A DNA stretch of 64,000 nt, taken from assembly GCA_963796955.1 (NCBI GenBank), contig CAWCNJ010000008.1, forward strand, positions 128,001-192,000. Direction: 5' to 3'. A program made the position numbers and the translations under genes. The notes beneath the pieces were generated by a model. That model made no database searches. It had not been told where the DNA came from and worked only from the letters and a program-made list of their open reading frames with translations. How positions within the stretch are numbered: position 1 is the first letter of the stretch; the number at the start of each line of letters is the position of its first letter. This DNA comes from Endomicrobiales bacterium. Lineage in GTDB: Bacteria; Elusimicrobiota; Endomicrobiia; Endomicrobiales; JALOBY01. Shown piece by piece: positions 61,367 to 64,000 of the stretch.

Positions 61367-62434
61367 ATGCTTAATATGCAGGATCTGTTGATGCAAATGG
61401 GTGAAAAAAAAGCCTCCGATATGCATATCACAGCGGGGTTGCCGCCGATGCTGCGTATCGACGGGGAAATGGTACAGACCCAATTTGAGAAACTGACCCC
61501 GGACGTCTGTCAGCGGTTGATCTATTCCCTGCTGACGGACTCTCAAAAAGAAAAATTCGAGGCAACGAGCGAACTGGACCTTTCTTTCGGCATTAAGGGT
61601 GTAGGGCGCGTACGTATGAATGTTTTCCGGCAGCGCGGTTCGGTAGGCGCGGCCCTGCGCTCCATTCCGCAGCGTATCCTGACCTTTGAGGAATTGCATC
61701 TGCCGCCGGTCGTTTTCGATCTGATGAAAATGCAAAAGGGACTGATACTGGTTACCGGCGCGACCGGTTCCGGAAAATCCACGACACTGGCCTCCATGAT
61801 AGATTATCTCAATGAACACCGCACCTCACACATCCTGACGATAGAAGACCCGATCGAGTACGTGCATTTGCACAAACAATCCATCGTCAACCAGCGCGAG
61901 ATCGGTACGGATACCAGTACGTTCCCGGTCGCCCTTAAATATGTGCTGCGCCAGGATCCGGATGTGGTGCTGGTGGGAGAAATGCGCGACCTTGAAACGA
62001 TCTCTGCCGCCTTGACGATCGCTGAGACCGGGCACCTTGTTTTCGCGACGCTGCATACGACGGATGCCGCCTCTTCCATCAACCGCATTATTGACGTATT
62101 CCCGCCGCATCAGCAGGCCCAGATACGGGCGCAGGTCTCCTTCGTGCTGCAAGCTGTTTTCGCCCAGCAGCTGATACCGCAGGCGTCCGGATCGGGGAGA
62201 GTACTGGCCTGCGAAGTCATGGTCGTGAACTCCGCGATACGCAATCTTATACGTGACATGAAGGTGGAACAAATATACCTCGCGATGCAGACCGGCGGCA
62301 AATACGGCATGCAGACCATGAACCAGTCCCTGTATGACCTGTACAACAAAAGAGAGATAACTTACCAGACGGCCCTGGATAACAGTGCCGATCAGGATGA
62401 CTTGAAACGTGTTCTGGCGAAGATAGGCGTGTAA
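61367..62434 (+). CDS. pilT: Pilus retraction ATPase PilT
   Basis: GATGSGKST, TIEDPIE, LRQDPDVVLVGEMRD, TGHLVFATLH, AIRNLIR. Confidence 0.96.
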   Translation: MLNMQDLLMQMGEKKASDMHITAGLPPMLRIDGEMVQTQFEKLTPDVCQRLIYSLLTDSQKEKFEATSELDLSFGIKGVGRVRMNVFRQRGSVGAALRSIPQRILTFEELHLPPVVFDLMKMQKGLILVTGATGSGKSTTLASMIDYLNEHRTSHILTIEDPIEYVHLHKQSIVNQREIGTDTSTFPVALKYVLRQDPDVVLVGEMRDLETISAALTIAETGHLVFATLHTTDAASSINRIIDVFPPHQQAQIRAQVSFVLQAVFAQQLIPQASGSGRVLACEVMVVNSAIRNLIRDMKVEQIYLAMQTGGKYGMQTMNQSLYDLYNKREITYQTALDNSADQDDLKRVLAKIGV

Positions 62435-62449
62435 CGGAGGTCGACGACG

Positions 62450-63673
62450 ATGGCGAATTTTACTTACAAAGCCCGTAATACTGCCGGCGGAGAGTTGGTG
62501 GGCAGTATAGAAGCACAGGACCAGCGCGTCGCCATTGACCGCCTGCGGGCACAAAAACTTATCGTTCTTGAGATAGCTGAAGAGCAGTCGAACGCGTTCA
62601 TTACCTTTGTCAAAAAGATCAATCCCTTTAAACCTTCCGTCGGTTCAAAAGAGCTGGTCGTTTTTTCACGGCAGCTGGCGACGCTGGTTTCCGCGGGCGT
62701 ACCGATCGTGCAGGGCCTGGGTATCCTGGTGGACCAGGCCGACAGTTTGGTCTTTAAGAGCGTTATTCAGACTATCCGCGCCGATATAGAACAGGGTATA
62801 TCTATTACCGAGGCCATGAAAAAACATCCGGTAGCCTTTTCAGAGCTGTATGTGTCCATGATCAAGGCGGGCGAAATGGGCGGTATCCTGGATACGATAC
62901 TTGAAAGACTTTCGTCCTACCTGGAAGCCGCGGAAGAGCTGAAGGGCAAGGTTCAGGGGGCAATGGTCTATCCGGGTGTTATTTCCCTGGTGGCCGGCTC
63001 AATTACCCTGTTCCTTCTTATTTTTGTCATACCCACGTTCCAGACGATCTTTGCCAGTTTTGGCGCGACACTGCCGCTGCCAACGCGTGTTCTGATAGGT
63101 ATCTCTGTCTTTCTTCGAAAAGGTCTACTTGGTGTGATCGCGGCGCCGATCCTGTTGTTTTGGGCCTTTAAACAATACCGGAGCACCGCCAGAGGGCATT
63201 ATGTACTGGACGCGATCGCCCTGAAACTGCCGCTGTTCGGCATGCTGCTTAAAAAGGTCGCGGTCGCGAAATTCAGCCGCACGTTCAGTACCCTTATCAA
63301 ATCAGGGGTACCTATTCTTCAGGCGCTGGACACGGTGGGAAAAACGTCCGGCAACAAGGTCGTTGAACAGGCGATAAGCTCTGCCAAGGACTCTATCCGC
63401 GAAGGCGAGCGCATGGCGGCGCCGCTGAAGAAGACCGGTGTATTCCCTCCGATGGTGATACAGATGATCGCCATCGGTGAAGAAACGGGCAATCTGGACA
63501 CTATGTTAAACAAAATAGCTGATTTTTATGATCAGGAAGTGGACGTAAGCGTTAAAGCGCTCACCAGTATGATAGAACCGCTTATAATGGTCGCCATGGG
63601 CGTGGTGGTCGGCGCGATAGTACTGGCGATGTTCCTGCCGATGTTCGAGATGAGCCAACTGGCGAGCAAATAA
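62450..63673 (+). CDS. pilC: Type IV pilus platform protein PilC
   Basis: FSRQLATL..AGVP, AGE.GG.LD, GEETGNLD, IEP. Confidence 0.95.
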   Translation: MANFTYKARNTAGGELVGSIEAQDQRVAIDRLRAQKLIVLEIAEEQSNAFITFVKKINPFKPSVGSKELVVFSRQLATLVSAGVPIVQGLGILVDQADSLVFKSVIQTIRADIEQGISITEAMKKHPVAFSELYVSMIKAGEMGGILDTILERLSSYLEAAEELKGKVQGAMVYPGVISLVAGSITLFLLIFVIPTFQTIFASFGATLPLPTRVLIGISVFLRKGLLGVIAAPILLFWAFKQYRSTARGHYVLDAIALKLPLFGMLLKKVAVAKFSRTFSTLIKSGVPILQALDTVGKTSGNKVVEQAISSAKDSIREGERMAAPLKKTGVFPPMVIQMIAIGEETGNLDTMLNKIADFYDQEVDVSVKALTSMIEPLIMVAMGVVVGAIVLAMFLPMFEMSQLASK

Positions 63674-63682
63674 CGGTTTACC

Positions 63683-63711
63683 TTGACTAATAGCGGACCC
63701 TGTGCTACACT
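63683..63711 (+). promoter_or_regulatory. Putative sigma70 promoter of the pilin gene
   Basis: TTGACT-17 bp-TACACT with extended -10 TG. Confidence 0.6.
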
Positions 63712-63771
63712 TATATTGGGAAAATTGGAATAAATACAAAGGCTCTTATGCCTGAAAGGAGGTGAAAAAAC

Positions 63772-64000
63772 ATGAAAACGAACAAAGGCTTTACACTGAT
63801 CGAGTTGATGATCGTGGTCGCTATTATCGGTATTCTTTCCGCAATCGCAATACCGAAATTCGCCGACCTCATCCGTAAATCAAACGAAGGCGCCACGAAA
63901 GGCAACCTCGGTGCGGTGCGCAGCGCCCTGTCCATTTATTACGGTGAACAGGACGGCAAGTACCCGGCAGCGGGAGCAACCCTTGGCACGACACTTACCA
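63772..64000 (+). CDS. pilA: Type IV pilin, probably the major pilin (3' truncated by window; absent from the ORF track)
   Basis: [52 protein letters not shown]. Confidence 0.85.
   Translation, partial: MKTNKGFTLIELMIVVAIIGILSAIAIPKFADLIRKSNEGATKGNLGAVRSALSIYYGEQDGKYPAAGATLGTTLT

Noticed and set aside
1..64000. CRISPR arrays, tRNA/rRNA, IS elements, integrases, reverse transcriptases
   Set aside because: Intergenic gaps are all short and I saw no spaced repeats, cloverleafs or such ORFs by eye.

Overview
Gene-dense window from a diderm, LPS-producing bacterium. Pilin style, LpxI, PorV/FadL-like barrels and several TMTC-like genes suggest Elusimicrobiota, which is my inference and not proven. 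All genes are on the + strand except rpmB. Layout: (1-9.7 kb) an AT-richer type IV pilus/T2SS-like cluster with pilC, a pilin, pilM/N/O-P, a secretin, a REC protein, a TPR protein, minor pilins including a PilX-Kelch fusion, and a second paralogous pilin. (9.8-18 kb) smc and envelope genes. (18-25 kb) an FMN riboswitch and rib operon bracketed by two TMTC-like GT-C/TPR glycosyltransferases. (25-39 kb) secA, GAF-GAF-ANTAR, lnt, frameshifted prfB, lysS, lolCE/D, ilvE, clpC. (39-56.7 kb) tamB-bamA-skp-lpxD-lpxC-fabZ-lpxA-lpxI-gnnB-gnnA-lpxB-msbA and an outer-membrane barrel. (56.8-64 kb) rpmB, recG, coaD and a second pilus operon pilB*-pilT-pilC-pilA. I saw no tRNA, rRNA, CRISPR array or transposase. 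Most interesting: a PilB homolog with an intact c-di-GMP-binding MshEN domain but eroded catalytic motifs; an FMN riboswitch whose first target is a putative protein glycosyltransferase; and a G8 tract at the pilin/propeller junction of the PilX-Kelch gene.
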